Part shown: positions 1 to 14,048 of the stretch, piece by piece
Layout of the letters: every line of letters starts with the position of its first letter
Position numbering within the stretch: position 1 is the stretch's first letter
Assembly (NCBI GenBank): GCA_000165425.1
Contig: CT868041.1
Location: forward strand, 62,001-126,000
DNA from: Paramecium tetraurelia
Taxonomy: Eukaryota
Direction: 5' to 3'
DNA length: 64,000 nt
Made by a program: the position numbers and the translations under genes
Notes under the pieces: generated by a model
What the model was told of the DNA's origin: nothing
The model's database searches: none
The model's input: the letters and a program-made list of their open reading frames with translations, nothing else

Positions 1-3000
1 TGACATTATTATAACATGCAATTTAATTGGCATCTTTGACATGACATACATTTTCATAAGTTTCAAATGTAGCACATAGATTATCTTTAAATAAGCATTT
101 CTATCCTTTTTAAGAAATTAACTTGCATACTTTTTCGCTGACCTTACCTTTATCATTGAAATAGTTGCATTCCACTTCTTTTGGGGCTTATTAACATTTA
201 TCAGAGGCAAATGAAAAATAACATGGGCTCACTTTATTTTGAATACATGCTTTTATATTTAAATTTGCATCACAGGCTTCAATTTTATCAACCGAATAAT
301 TCATTATGGTTTCACATTTCAATTAATCAGAATTCCATTTGCAATAATTATTTCCTGTAAACCTCAAACAGAGATTTCTGTTTCCTAAAGCATCTTCACA
401 TTTGGCATAGGGAGTCTCTGACTCAGGAATTAAGATTTTACACCTTCGATTAACTTCATCAAATGTAAAGTATTTATCAACTAATGATTCTGCTTCAATG
501 GCAAAGCATGTGTATTTATTTGTTATTGTTGGTTCTTAAATAAGATCTTTGAGGGAAGATTACTCTTTAAGGTTGATATTGAAGCATGAATTTCCTAAGT
601 GCACACACCTTTAAGTAGTGCTCCATTCAATCATTGAACAAGAATTGATGTTCATTTAAGAACACTTGAATTATTTGAAATTGTAATAACTCTTTACTGC
701 TTCTGGATCTAGAACATTTGCTATGTCTGATGTTAATTCTTTGCATCTTCCTTCATCAAAATAGCAAAAAACTCCAGGGTCTTGAAATGAATATCTACTA
801 CAAGAATGCGCGTTTATCCCAATATCCTCAGCATCTGTGCAACATTTTGTTTTACAATTATCATTTTTTATCTAACAGGTGTTGAGATTGTAATTATATT
901 TGCAATATCCATAATTTAAAGTTAATGATTTGTCTTTAGATGCATCAATATTATAGTCTGGAAAGCTCATTTCAATCAGAGTGCATGTGTTCGCATTCAT
1001 TTAGTAACCTAAAGTAAGACAATTGCTGTTAAAAGGAATGCTAGCCTTAGCACATTTGCCACTACTAGTTTGCCAGATACAGTACTCTCCTTTCTTTGTT
1101 ATACTTAAACACATAGGCTTTGATGGTGAATTCTTATCGCATGATAGTTGTTCTGAAATGTTGGATGAAGGATCATTCAAGCACAAAGACAAATCCTCAT
1201 TAAAGTAGCAAAATCCTTCTGCTATCATGCAAGCATAACGATTTAAACCTATTTCTTCACATTTCATATGATCTTTGGCAGTAGTCACACATGAGAGTTC
1301 ATCCACATCATATCTACAAATTTCCTTTTAAAATTCAACATAGTTACAGGCTCTAGCATTTGCCCATTGAAGACTAAAGCAAGGTACAGCTGAAATCATA
1401 GCTTTCTTGTCAATAAATACACATTTATCTTATTTCCACATACATGCAACTCCATTTGTTGTTATTGATCCACAAGCTACTCTATTCAAACCTAAACTAG
1501 TGTTCTCACAGGAGATACTATTTAATAACTGAAGATCTAGCTTTTATTGTTCTTTTTAAGAATCATTTTGTAATTTTATTTGTAAAGTAACACATTTTTG
1601 TTAGATTTGATTATAATAGCACCCTCTAGAATTATTTTCAAAAACTTAAGAACAAGCCTAAGGATTTGCATATTATAATGATTCGCATGTAGTAAAATAT
1701 GGAATTACTTGAACAGAAATACATTGATAATTGATCCATTTACATGTTTTCTTATTTTTTACATTATTTATACTAATACAACCTTTTTGATTAATAAATG
1801 GTGTATCACAATCATCATCAGGTGTGCTATTGACACATAAATTTGTTTTTTAATCATATTTACATAGAACATTGGGTTTAGATATAGCTTAACATACATT
1901 CCCATTTACTTTTATTGATTGATCTTCAAACTATAATGGACAATCAAAATCTTGATTCATGAATAATCTTGCACATTAAAATCCATTCCATTTACAAAAT
2001 TAAAATTCTGTTTCTAAATTTATACATGCCATTTCATTCAAATCCATGTTACATGAATAAGTTTTTAAATCCTATTCACTTAATTCTTAGCATGTCCCTT
2101 GATAAAAAATGCAACTTTTATTCCTTACCTTTAAGCAACCTTCTTTAGATAATCCTAATGTATTGCAAGATATATCTTTGAAGTCATCAATTTCAATGCA
2201 TCTAGCATTTTCCCTATCATATCTATATAATCCTTTTATAGATTGACAGACACTGATGTTTACTTCCCTTAATTCATCTATATTGCTCTAATTTGATTAT
2301 CTATAAGCGTAACAAGAATTATCAATCCACTTACAAGAAATGTATGGATTTTTAATAGCTAAACATGCCTACCTGTTTAAATCCATCAGACAACTATTTA
2401 TTTCTGACTGTACCATACTTTGACACATCTAATCTATGAAGATACCTATTTGTTAATCATTAACTTTTACACTCCTCTCCTTCTGTTTAGATAGATACAC
2501 AAGCTTTCTTTGTCAAACCATGTTAAGTACACTACAAAGTCTCCAGTTATTCTTCCTAAACAGTGATGCAACCATATTCGCCTTTAAATCCAGAACTCAT
2601 ACCTTTAATTATTCTAACTTATTATACATAATAGATTTTGTAACTTAGAGCATGTTACATATGTAACAGAATTTTAATAAGATTCTTCACATGAGTTAGC
2701 GGTCTCTACTATTTCTTCCAAAGGCTAACACTGACTATTTTCCCACTAGCAATCTGCATTTACAACATTTAAGCACGCATATTTATTATAGGATGTTATG
2801 CAACCTTAAGTTTAAAGTAATGACTTCGACACTAGTTAGCACTACTTCTGGAAGGTGCCTTAACTTAAAATTCTTAATTACATTAGGCTTCTTCGCCATA
2901 TTCGTTAGTCAATTAATTAATGCAAGCATTCTAATTCAGAGTATCAAGGCAACCCTATGATGTCTTTTTCTCTACAATGCACTTACTTTCAAAATAATTA

Positions 3001-3152
3001 TAAATGCCTAAATTAGAAAAAATAATACATGAATATCCAGATGTTTTTTCTATGCAAGCTAATGGATTGTCTGAAAATAATTCGCAAGTTGATATGATTT
3101 AACAAAAATAGAGACGCAAAGAGACTAATAGAATAAATGATAAGTTTTGCAT
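1..3152 (-). CDS. Giant cysteine-repeat surface protein, copy 1 (5' part; runs off the window at position 1)
   Basis: Code-6 translation starts MQNLSFILLVSLRLYFCQIISTCELFSDNPLACIEK (signal peptide), then about 40-45 aa four-Cys units of the form C..LNxxAC..CxW/F..C. Tiny introns, e.g. 2446-2470. Colinear with the 5' ends of copies 2-4. One apparent +1 base near 2605. Confidence 0.85.
1577..2169. repeat. About 590-bp near-identical block shared by copy 1 and copy 2 (partner 12228-12820)
   Basis: Direct comparison: 'tatttgtaaagtaacacatttttg...taatcctaatgtattgcaag' occurs at both sites (offset about 10651); the flanks diverge. Confidence 0.9.
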
Positions 3153-3343
3153 AAACTATTTAAATAATAATCTAGATTAATTTCTTGATCATGTTTATAT
3201 ATATGAATCTATATTTAATATTTAATTATCAAATTAACTATGGAAGAAATCATCAATAAAGATTCATTTAAGAAAGTATTTATCTTAGAATCTATTAAAT
3301 AAAAAGAAAAAATGATATTATTAATATTTTCGATTTAATAAAT

Positions 3344-6300
3344 TCAATAGAATATCTATAAAAATAATGGAATGAGTATTGCCCCTGAAATTTCTAATAG
3401 TATATTATTATTATTATTTTTTGTATCTGTAGAATGTGATATTTATTCGCATGGTGGCGTTAAACTGTCATCCCAAGTACATAAATCTAATTATTAACAC
3501 TAAGTCTTTTAATATTAAAACTAGCATTGTGGAACACAAATCTAATAATTTATTATGATAATCTACTTGGTATTTTTCAGAAAAAAAGCAACGGTTAGTT
3601 TGGCAGTTCTATTAATTAAAGTTTTCACACGTTTAGGAAATACATTTATTATTTTCTGTGTCAAAACTACAATATCCAACTTTTTCCAAGCAATCATGGA
3701 TTTCTACAATTTACTCACATGAAAGGCAAAATAAATCTTTAGTCAAAATACAAACTGTTGATCCTACTTAGGTACCATGACATTCAATATTTTTAGAGAG
3801 ATAGCTACAACCATCTGATGAACAAAATTCTCTTTCAGAATTTTCACCTTATACTTTATTCCATGAACATTACTAACCTTTATATTAATTTTTATTGCAA
3901 TCTTTTTCTTATTCAATTTCAGAACATCTAATTTAATTAATACATTATTTATGGATCCAAGTACAATCATAATTAATACATTCATATTAATCTTTGATGT
4001 GATGACATAATTTAGTGACGCATGAGCTGAATAAGGCACACTGTTTACTATATTTTGCACATTGTATTCTACTTAAATTCTCACAATTCTAAAATTGGGT
4101 GCACCCACTATTTCCATCACTAACACATTATAAATTATTAAAATAGAATTAAGAGCAGTCTATAGAAGAACTTTTAATTTCTTCGCAGGAAGTAGCTTCC
4201 ATACATTTTCCATTCAAATTTAAAAAACAGATCTTTCCTTTATAAAGTTCATAGTTACACTTATTCATTCTATTGCAATGCCTTTCTTTGCAAGTATATT
4301 CATCTTCGTTAAAGATTGACTACTCAAAATAACATTTGCCAGAACTATTGCAACTTTGCTCATCTAAATTCTCTGAGCAAACTTTTTATTTCTCTAAATA
4401 TATCTTATGTAAGCATTATTCATTCTTCCATTAGCATTATTCAATTGAATTACATCCATTTATATTTATTCCTTGAGTGGAACAAGTATCTAAAATTGAC
4501 GACTGAATACATCCAATATCAACTAAATTAAGTTTACAACCACCATTTTTAATTTAAGCACAAACCAGTTCATTAGCATATTAGACATCTTAGCATGATA
4601 AGTTTAAATTAGGATCAAATAATTTGCAAGTCCCCTTCTAAAAGTAGCAATATTTCATTTACACGCATCCATAAACATTAATTCCTTCTACATTGCAATT
4701 TGTTAAATTCTTATCTGGCTTTTTACACTTCTTATTTTAAGAATCATAAGAGCAAGGATCAAATTCTTATACCATGCTACATAACAACGCATTAACACCC
4801 AAATACTGATTTTATTCTTCACAATTTCCTTCTGGTATCATCAATTCACAATGCTCAATATCATTATTCTTATTTTTAGTCCAGATACATGGTTAAGTCG
4901 TTATGTTCAAACATGCATATTTATTTAATCCTTTATGATCACATTTAGCTACTTTTACATCAATATAATCGCAAACTTCATCAATAATCCCACAAGGACC
5001 ATCTTCAGCCATTGTAGAACTCTATGAAGCAGAAGCGATTTATTGTTTTTGATTAATTTCATAAACATTTTTTCTCAAATATTTAGAAATTGGATCAATA
5101 CATTCTTACTTTTCAACATTCCAAGTACATAGTTTAGATTGAGTTTGATTATTAATGCATTTATACATTACTTCATCATAAATAAATTTGGCATCTGCAA
5201 ACAAATGACATGTTTATCTGTTAACATACAAAAGAGTGGGTAATTTTTCAAAATAAAGATCCTCATCCTAAATTTTCTAGCATATTCCTTTCTTCCACCA
5301 ACAATAACTATTTACTTTTGTAATAGCCAAACAAGATTAAAAACTTAAATTACTTTAACAATCGAATTTACTTTATTATTATTAATCAAATTTCTTGCAT
5401 ATTCCTACATAATTATATTCACTACTTGATACATCTAGATCCCAATAACATTGTGAATTAGTTTATTATAGACAAGCATTTTGATTAATATTATGAAGAC
5501 AATTATCAGTGTTTTAGATTTCTTGAAATAATAAACATTGATAATCATTAAAAATACACATTTATCCTGGTCTTTTAATTTAAATACAAGCTTAATGATT
5601 ACCTGAGTTTTGAGATATAAATTAACAAGTATCTGATAAATCTTATTATTTTAATTAACATTAATCTTAATTCCAATAACAAGGTATATTAGGTATTCTT
5701 TTACATTATTATGCACTTTAAACTGAATCACAAGTTAATGGTATAATTTATATACATTTAAAATTGAAATGATCAAAAATACAAAAGTTATCTAATAATG
5801 AATAACAAACATTTCTTGATGCATTTTAAATTGTATTACATTCTAATTTTTAATTTATTTATTAATCATAATAAGTACATTTATTATTATTATTCCATTA
5901 ACATTTGAATTTAGTTTAAAATAAACAAGATTATATAGTTAATGCTTTTTAACAACATTATTAATGATCATCATTATTACAATTTAATATATCTGAATTA
6001 AAACCATAACAATAATTAAAGAATTAACATTAATTAGTATTTGAATTTAATGGAATACATGCTAATTTATTTAATCCTCTTGGACATGTTAAATCTTATT
6101 ATTCTTATTTTGATTCTATACAAGAGTTATTTAATGGATCATATATACATCCTATATCTTGTGTTTATTCACAAAATACATAGTTATTAATCATTTTTAT
6201 ATCTTTACAATTCTTTACTTTATATTCTTAAATATTCTCATTTTAACATTTATTATCATAATATCTACAATATTATCCTTTTGTTTATAATTATTTACAA

Positions 6301-9300
6301 CCTACTTAATTTTCAATATCTGAACAATTTAATGTTTTTTATAATTCACTTGTTATTAATTGACATCTTTATTAACTATTTCTATAACATCCCTCCAATA
6401 ATACATTCCTACAATTCTCTATTTATTATGCCTATTAACAATAATATAAATTATTTTAAATCTTTTGTTGGCATTTTTGATCCATAAATATACAATTTTC
6501 ATTTAATTCGCAAGCTTCTTTGTTATAAAATTATTTTTCTCTCTCACTGCAATTCAAATCTGATGAATTTTCATTGAGAACTTTTTTGCATTAAAATGAT
6601 ATTGCATCATATTAACATGGTTTACTAGTATTTAGAGAACATATAATCCCATTATTTATATCGGTTATCATTTCACATATCGCTTCGTACCCTTAAGAAT
6701 AAGTTTCACATTTTTTATCTCGATATTAGCATAATTAAGATTAAGTCTTCACTTTTAAACATGATCCCTTATTAAGTTAATCATCACATTGCAATTAAGT
6801 AAGTATTTCATTTGTTGCTTATAAACAACCTCCCTACCAATACGTATTAATAGATTCTATCTGCTAACATGTAAGTTTATTAAATGAGCGATGATTTTCC
6901 CATTCAAAATTGGAATCAACAAATATTTTACAAATTTTTTTGGTTTAATCATAAAAACAGGGTTTATCAGTTGCCAATGAACAAGTAATCGCAGTAACTT
7001 CAGTTTCAGAGGAACAATTTGAAGTATTTAATATATTGGAATCTATTTCTTTGCATCCTTCGATTTCATGAAAATAGCAATATTAATCTTTTAGACCTAA
7101 ACATACATTTTTATTAAGTTTGTCTGTACATTTAGCTTTTTCAAAATCCATTTTGCATTCCTTTGATGAAAATTTACAATTTGCTTTAGATGTATTAAAG
7201 ACACAAGCTTTTTCATTTAATCCTAATGTCGAGCACCTTTCATTGTTAATTATAACCTCTATACAACCTTAGGTGTTACTATTATATTTGCAAGGTATAT
7301 CGCTAGTTTATGCACATGAAATTGGATTAACTCTAGCCCCATATAAACTTTGACATGAATCACCCTATAAAATAGGTTAGCATTTATAGTCCATAAATTT
7401 GCAATTCAAATTTTTATTAGAAAGACAAGCTACCCAATTGAAGGTATCCTTACATGATGTAATGTATTCATTTTTAATCTCCTAACATTTTGAATTTAAG
7501 TATTAACAAGAACCTAGTGTTTATGATAGGCAAGCATATTTATTAATACCATCAGATCCACAGTTAGGAACATTTGCATCTCGTTCTGTTATATCTATAC
7601 AAATTCCGAGGTTTTTAACATATATCAAACATTAAAAAAAATTCTAAGTGGAATCTTTTAACTTGCAATATTAGCTTGAATTCTTTAGCTTTTATTCTCT
7701 TTAATATTATTCACTTGAATATTATAACTTTTCTAATTGAGCATTCTCACATCCCTTTAAGCCATATTAACACATATTATCGTAATTCAAACAAGCTACT
7801 TCATTTAAGTATGTTTAACAACCTTGATTAGTATTTAAGAAGGAAGTGCACTTCTTATTAATAAAGGCACAAGCATCCTTGGTTTTTGATAGACAAGCCT
7901 TTTAGTTTAACCCTTAAGTTTCACAACCATAAAATTACGGTTCTAAAATTTGTCTACATTTGTGGTTGTTACCCAAAATGCAACTTTAATCACCTTCTAT
8001 TTATGTACAAGTTTAAGCATTCATATGTGACACATGACTTTAGTTTTCTAAAAATTAAGTACAATTCACTTGATTATTAGAGAATTAAGCTAATTCACAT
8101 CTTAATAAGTTATCGGACCACACACACGGTAATTATTAGAAATTCAAGCAACCATATTTATTTAATCCATCACATTTTTGTGGATTCGATTCAGTTTAAC
8201 ATATTTAACCATTCCATTTACATGATTCAACCATAGACAACATACATGTTGATTTATTTTTATAAAGTAAGCACTTCCCTTTTAATGGACTATATTTCTC
8301 GCATAATTTACTCTCAGGATTAAACCAGCATAAATTCATTTATTCTGTTGTTTCTTTTATACATCCATAATAATTTCGAAGTGAACACTCTGGTTCTTAT
8401 GATCCAATTAACTCTTTGCAATTTTTGTCTATCCAATAGCATTATATACTGGTGTTTCTAATACAAGCTAAATAATTCAAATTTTGACACTTATCAAATT
8501 ATTCACCTTCCTTTACTTTTTCACATTTTTTTTATTCCGTAATATATTTCATTGGTTCATCTTTGCATCTTAAACATGCGAATTCAGACACGGTAAAGTT
8601 AATTAAATCTTCACATTTTAGATGAGTAGCATCTTCACACGTATTTTATTTAAATCTACATGCTTATTCAACACTTCCACATATTTCTTAAATATTTTAA
8701 TCACCAAATAAATTAGCTTCTTAACAAAGGTAGTGCTAATTTGTTTTGTCTTCTCTCAATTAAGGAGGCTACCTCTATTTCTAGCAATATCCCAGATATT
8801 CAAAATTACATTTACAAAGCTCACACAATTCTTTACTATAACTTCTATCGCAAATACAAGGATCCTGAAAAGTACTTACACAAATATTGTCCTTAAATGT
8901 ACAATTACAACTCTTACAGTGGTCTTCAGTAGAATTTTTATTGCAAACACAATTATTCCGATTAATACATTTATTATTCTAAAATGTACAATTACAAAGG
9001 CCACACAATTCTTTACTATAACTTTGATCACAATTGCAAGGACCCTGCAAAGTACTAACACATTTAGTGCCATCAAATCTACATTTATCTAATGCCTGAG
9101 CACATAAACTTGGTTAAACGTCTTATTGACTTATAGAGAGACAATATTATTAAGCTTTGTAAATATTCAAATTGGAGCAGTACTTAATCGCAGGTAATGA
9201 ATAGCAATTTTATGGTTGCCCTACTTCTATAATTTGACAAATTGCCTTTTATGAAAAGCTTCCTTTGCATTCCCCTTAAATGGCAGAACAACTAGGCAAC

Positions 9301-12300
9301 TTATGTTCGTTGTCTTTAAATTATATGCAACCCCCTTGATTGAGATCAAAATAACATTTTTCTTAAACATCTTCCAAACAAATCGCTTTGGAATAAATAT
9401 TTTCACACTTTGGGATTTTCTTTTTTATAAGATAACATATTGGTTGTTTTTCATAAAATGTCATATTTTTACATACTTTTATTATAGTTAAGTCTCTTTT
9501 ACTGAATTTAAGTTCACCTTAATTACAATCAGTATTAATAGGACTGCAATATTTTATGCATCTATCATCATATATTGTTTAGTTATTAATAAAGTTATTT
9601 AGAGCTTCTAAAGAATTGTAATTTACATAATTTTCAGTATAGTTATAAAACTAAGGGCAATCAGTATCTTTGCTGCAAATTTCATTTGTATAAAAACATC
9701 TAGATTCAATTATTTAGTCTCTAATAACGCCATTATTATTAATAACCTATTATGAACAATTTTGATTTTAATCATCTACCCATTCTAATTAAGAAGTATT
9801 TTTTAAAACGTAAATCTATTTTTAAAACTCACGAACATGGTTTTTAATAAAAACGGATTCTAATGATAGAAAAACTTTGCAATTATAAGCGTTAATATCC
9901 CAAAAACATTTATTCTAGTAATTACACTATTAAGATCTTTCTGATTACAAATGACATTATTCTTCTCCAAATTCTTATAAATTATTTTGGTTAATAGAGG
10001 AACAAGCTAATTTATTGTAGTTTCTACTTTCCTTCTTATTTTCATTCATTTTTGATATTCCATCAGGGTAACTATCATCAGGTTTATCAAATTGTGATAT
10101 AAAAAGTGATTAACAAGTTGTAAGTTCATCCATGATAGCATTTACACATTTTAGAGAATTAATATCAAAATAACATTTTTTAGGTATATTCATACAGACT
10201 TCAATATTTATGTCAATGCCAGCATCACAAATATTTTAATTATCTACAAATTCTAAACATTTACCATCCTTAAAATAACATTTGAATCCTCTGGTCAAAT
10301 ATAAACAAGCATATTTATTCATTTTATAATCTGAGCATTTTAAATGATCCTCCGTTTTAATCCATACACATAGATTTTTATTTTGGTCGTGATAATAACC
10401 CTCTGAATTTATCAATAAACATGCTTCTTAATTATATAAGTTCTCTGAATTATAAGATAGGAATTATTGATGATTAACTTATTGAAATCTTTCACATTGA
10501 ATATTTGCATGATTCCAAACGCATGCTTCTTTTGTCACCTTTAAACAAAGTACTTTATTTAGATTATCCTGACATCCCAATGAGCTTATTTCATCTTAAT
10601 TCTAATAGCAAGTCAAGGCTTCTTAATTCCACCTACAATCTCCTTAGAAATTCTTATAACATCCTTTGCTGTTTACAATTAAATCAGATGTGCATCCAGT
10701 AACAATTGTGGTGAGGATATAACATTTTTTCTTATCTTTATTCGCAATATCCTAAGAATATTCACAAGGCTCTTTTTTCGATGATTTACATACAATCTCA
10801 TTAATCTCTTCTAAATCACCACATCTTATATCTGTAGGAGCCTTCATACAAACATCAGAATCGTAATTAAAATAGCAAGCCTGATATTTATTATTATTGC
10901 ATGCTTTGATATTGGTATTTAGATCACAACTCTTTATATCATATAATTCATCTTCATGAATTGTAATACATTTCAATTTATCAGTATCCCATTTACAATA
11001 ATGGTCTTCAGTAAATCTCAGGCAAGCATTTCTATTTCCATTTACATCCTCACAAGTTTTGAATGAAGTTTAAGTTAATATTTAGCATCTCCTTTTTTCT
11101 GCATCATAAGTGAAATACTTTACTTTATCGGATGATTTTGCCTACAAAGAAAGACACAAAAATTCATTTGTAATATGCCCCTCTTAAATTACAATAGATA
11201 GATTGTTGTAATGCTGTTGATCAAAATGAATACAGATTTTTCCATCATAAAAACATCTTTAGCTTTCTGACCAATCAATCATATGACAAGAATTCTTTGA
11301 TAATGATGGACACGGTAATCTCAATTCATTAAAATAATTTTTCACTTATTCAGGATCCGTAATATCTACCTCATTTTTTGTTAATTCTCGACATTTTCCA
11401 TCCTTAAAATAGCAATAGGTACCAGGATCTTTACTTGAATAAAGGCTGCATGCGTGAGAGTTAATTCCTATAACATCTGTACAACACTTTGTTGTTTCAT
11501 GATTTTCAATTTAACAATAATTATCATTTATTGTATTCTATCCTGTTTTATCTGTTTTGGGTCCTAAAGCTTCACACTACTTATTCTTATAATTATATTG
11601 ACAAACACCCCAATTAGGAGTCTCATTAGGATTATTTGGATCATAATGGGGGTTAGACATTATTATTTATGTGCAAACATTTATATTTACGTTTTTAAAT
11701 TCACTGCATGGGATATTAGGAGGAACCTCTAAATTAACACATCCATATCTTGTATCCCATTTACAAAATTGGCCTTCAGTTGTTATATCTTTACATAATT
11801 GTTCTGATGGTGAATTGGAGGTGCATTTTAAATTATTAGTAATAATTTAAATATTCTGACAAACATTATTCTCGAAGTAACAATTATTCTTGATAAATTT
11901 GCAGGCGTATTGATTTAATCCAGCCTAATTACAGGTCTCCATATCTTTAATATAATCAACACATTTTTGTTAACTTTTATTATATGAGCATTTTTATTTT
12001 TGATATTCGACAAAAGCACAAACTTGATCATTAGCATACTCTAGAGAATCACAAGGGACATTTCTTATTTCGTCTTCTTTCACTAAAATGCATTAGTCTT
12101 TATACCATCTGCATGGAGTTTATGTAGTTTTTATTGAAGTACATATAACTCTATTCAGTCCTAATAATGGATTGTTACAACTGATTGTTTCCAAAAACAA
12201 TTTTGTATTATTATCCATTTAATCATCTATTTGTAAAGTAACACATTTTTGCTAAATTTGATTATAATAGCACCCTCTGGAATTATTTTCAAAAACTTAA

Positions 12301-13793
12301 GAACAAGCCTAAGGATTTGCATATTATAATGATTCGCATGTAGTAAAATATGAAATTACTTGAACAGAAATACATTGATAATTGGTCCATTTACATGTTT
12401 TCTTATTTTTTACATTATTTATACTAATACAACCTTTTTGATTAATAAATGGTGTATCACAATCATCATCAGGTGTGCTATTGACACATAAATTTGTGTT
12501 TAAATCATATTTACATAGAACATTTAGTTTAGATATAGCTTAACATACATTCCCATTTACTTTTATTGGTTGATCTTCAAACTTTAAGGGACAATCCAAA
12601 TCTTGATTCATGAATAATCTTGCACATTAAAACCCATTCCATTTACAAAATTAAAATTCTGTTTTTAAATTTATACATGCCATTTCATTCAAATCCATGT
12701 TACATGAATAAGTTTTTAAATCCTATTCACTTAATTCTTAGCATGTCCCTTGATAGAAAATGCAATCTTCAATCTTTATTTTTAAACAACCTTCTTTAGA
12801 TAATCCTAATGTATTGCAAGGAATATTATAATTATTTTCTAATGGAATTCTTTCACATTAGTGTTTTTCTTTTACATATTTATAAGCCCCTTCAAGATTA
12901 TGACAAACATTTTAACTAACATCTGGTATGATTTCGGTCGGTTGGTTTGTGTATAAAAAATCTTAACAAATTTACTTACTCCATTGGCAGCCTAAACTAG
13001 AATTTTCTATCGAAAGACAGGCCAGCCTGTTGAGTTTTTAGTTGCAACTTACTATTTGATCAATTGAGACTGGTTGACAAATTTGATTCTAAAAAATACC
13101 TAATTTAAAAATTCTTTAATACATTTTTCTCCAATTGTTTATATTTTTAAGCAAGCCAACTCAGTTAACCCTAACTACGAGCATCTTAATGTTGAATAGT
13201 ACACTTATAATACTCCTATGCATTTATAATCTCCTTTTAATCCTGTATTTAGACCTTTTATTTTTAATAATTTGATACATTCTAAATTTTTTAGAGTTGA
13301 GCATGCCAGAGAACTAACTGGCATCTTCAATTATTCTTCACATGATAAATCCTCAATTTATTCTGTCGAGATTTCCTTACATTTAGAGTCCCAAGTGCAC
13401 TTATGATCATTTATATTAAGGCAAGCATATTTGCTTAATTTTTCAGAGCATCCAATCTTAGATAATAAATTTTTTGACACATTTTTGCATCTCGAATCGA
13501 AAACACCTAAAATAACAGTTTCAAATACATTGACTTTATTATCCTTATTTATTAAATAACTAGCTAATACAAGCTTTTTCATTCAAATCCAAGGCACACC
13601 CATAATTAGTGTCTGCCATAGGAACACACTAGTTCACTCTTTGGTCGAAGCCACCTAAATATTAGATCTTAATACATGGGAAGTTTTGAGTTTATTCTAA
13701 GCAATTAGTTATATTGGCTGGTTATACTGAGCATTATAGGACTTTAATCTATTACGATGAATAAGCAGAGATCAAATAGATTATAAAGATCAT
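3344..13793 (-). CDS. Giant cysteine-repeat surface protein, copy 2 (about 3400 aa), probably GPI-anchored
   Basis: Starts MIFIIYLISAYSSQQIKVLQCSVQPANITNC. Ends ...STDTKNNNNNILLEISGAILIPLFLQIFY-TGA (hydrophobic tail, no cytosolic segment). Periodic Cys units throughout; intron 13100-13122. Confidence 0.88.
7783..8346. repeat. About 560-bp near-identical block shared by copies 2, 3 and 4 (partners 18728-19287 and 30406-30969)
   Basis: Direct comparison. Also visible as three near-identical antisense 64-aa ORFs in the track (7886, 18831, 30509). Confidence 0.92.
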
Positions 13794-14048
13794 TTATTAT
13801 TAATTATTAATTTTCTTATATTTGGATATAACTATCAGATCATATATATAGTCTTAAAATTTTTAATTTGAAATGATGACATTATATATCTAAAGTCTTC
13901 TATTAGAATATGTTTCTATTAATGATTTTAACTCTCCTACACCTTCCAAATCTCTCAAGAATATAAAAGAAACTAAATTTTGAAATAATGCAATTAATTT
14001 AAAATTTTATATAAGCTTATAAATCTTATCAAAATACTATAAGTATTT

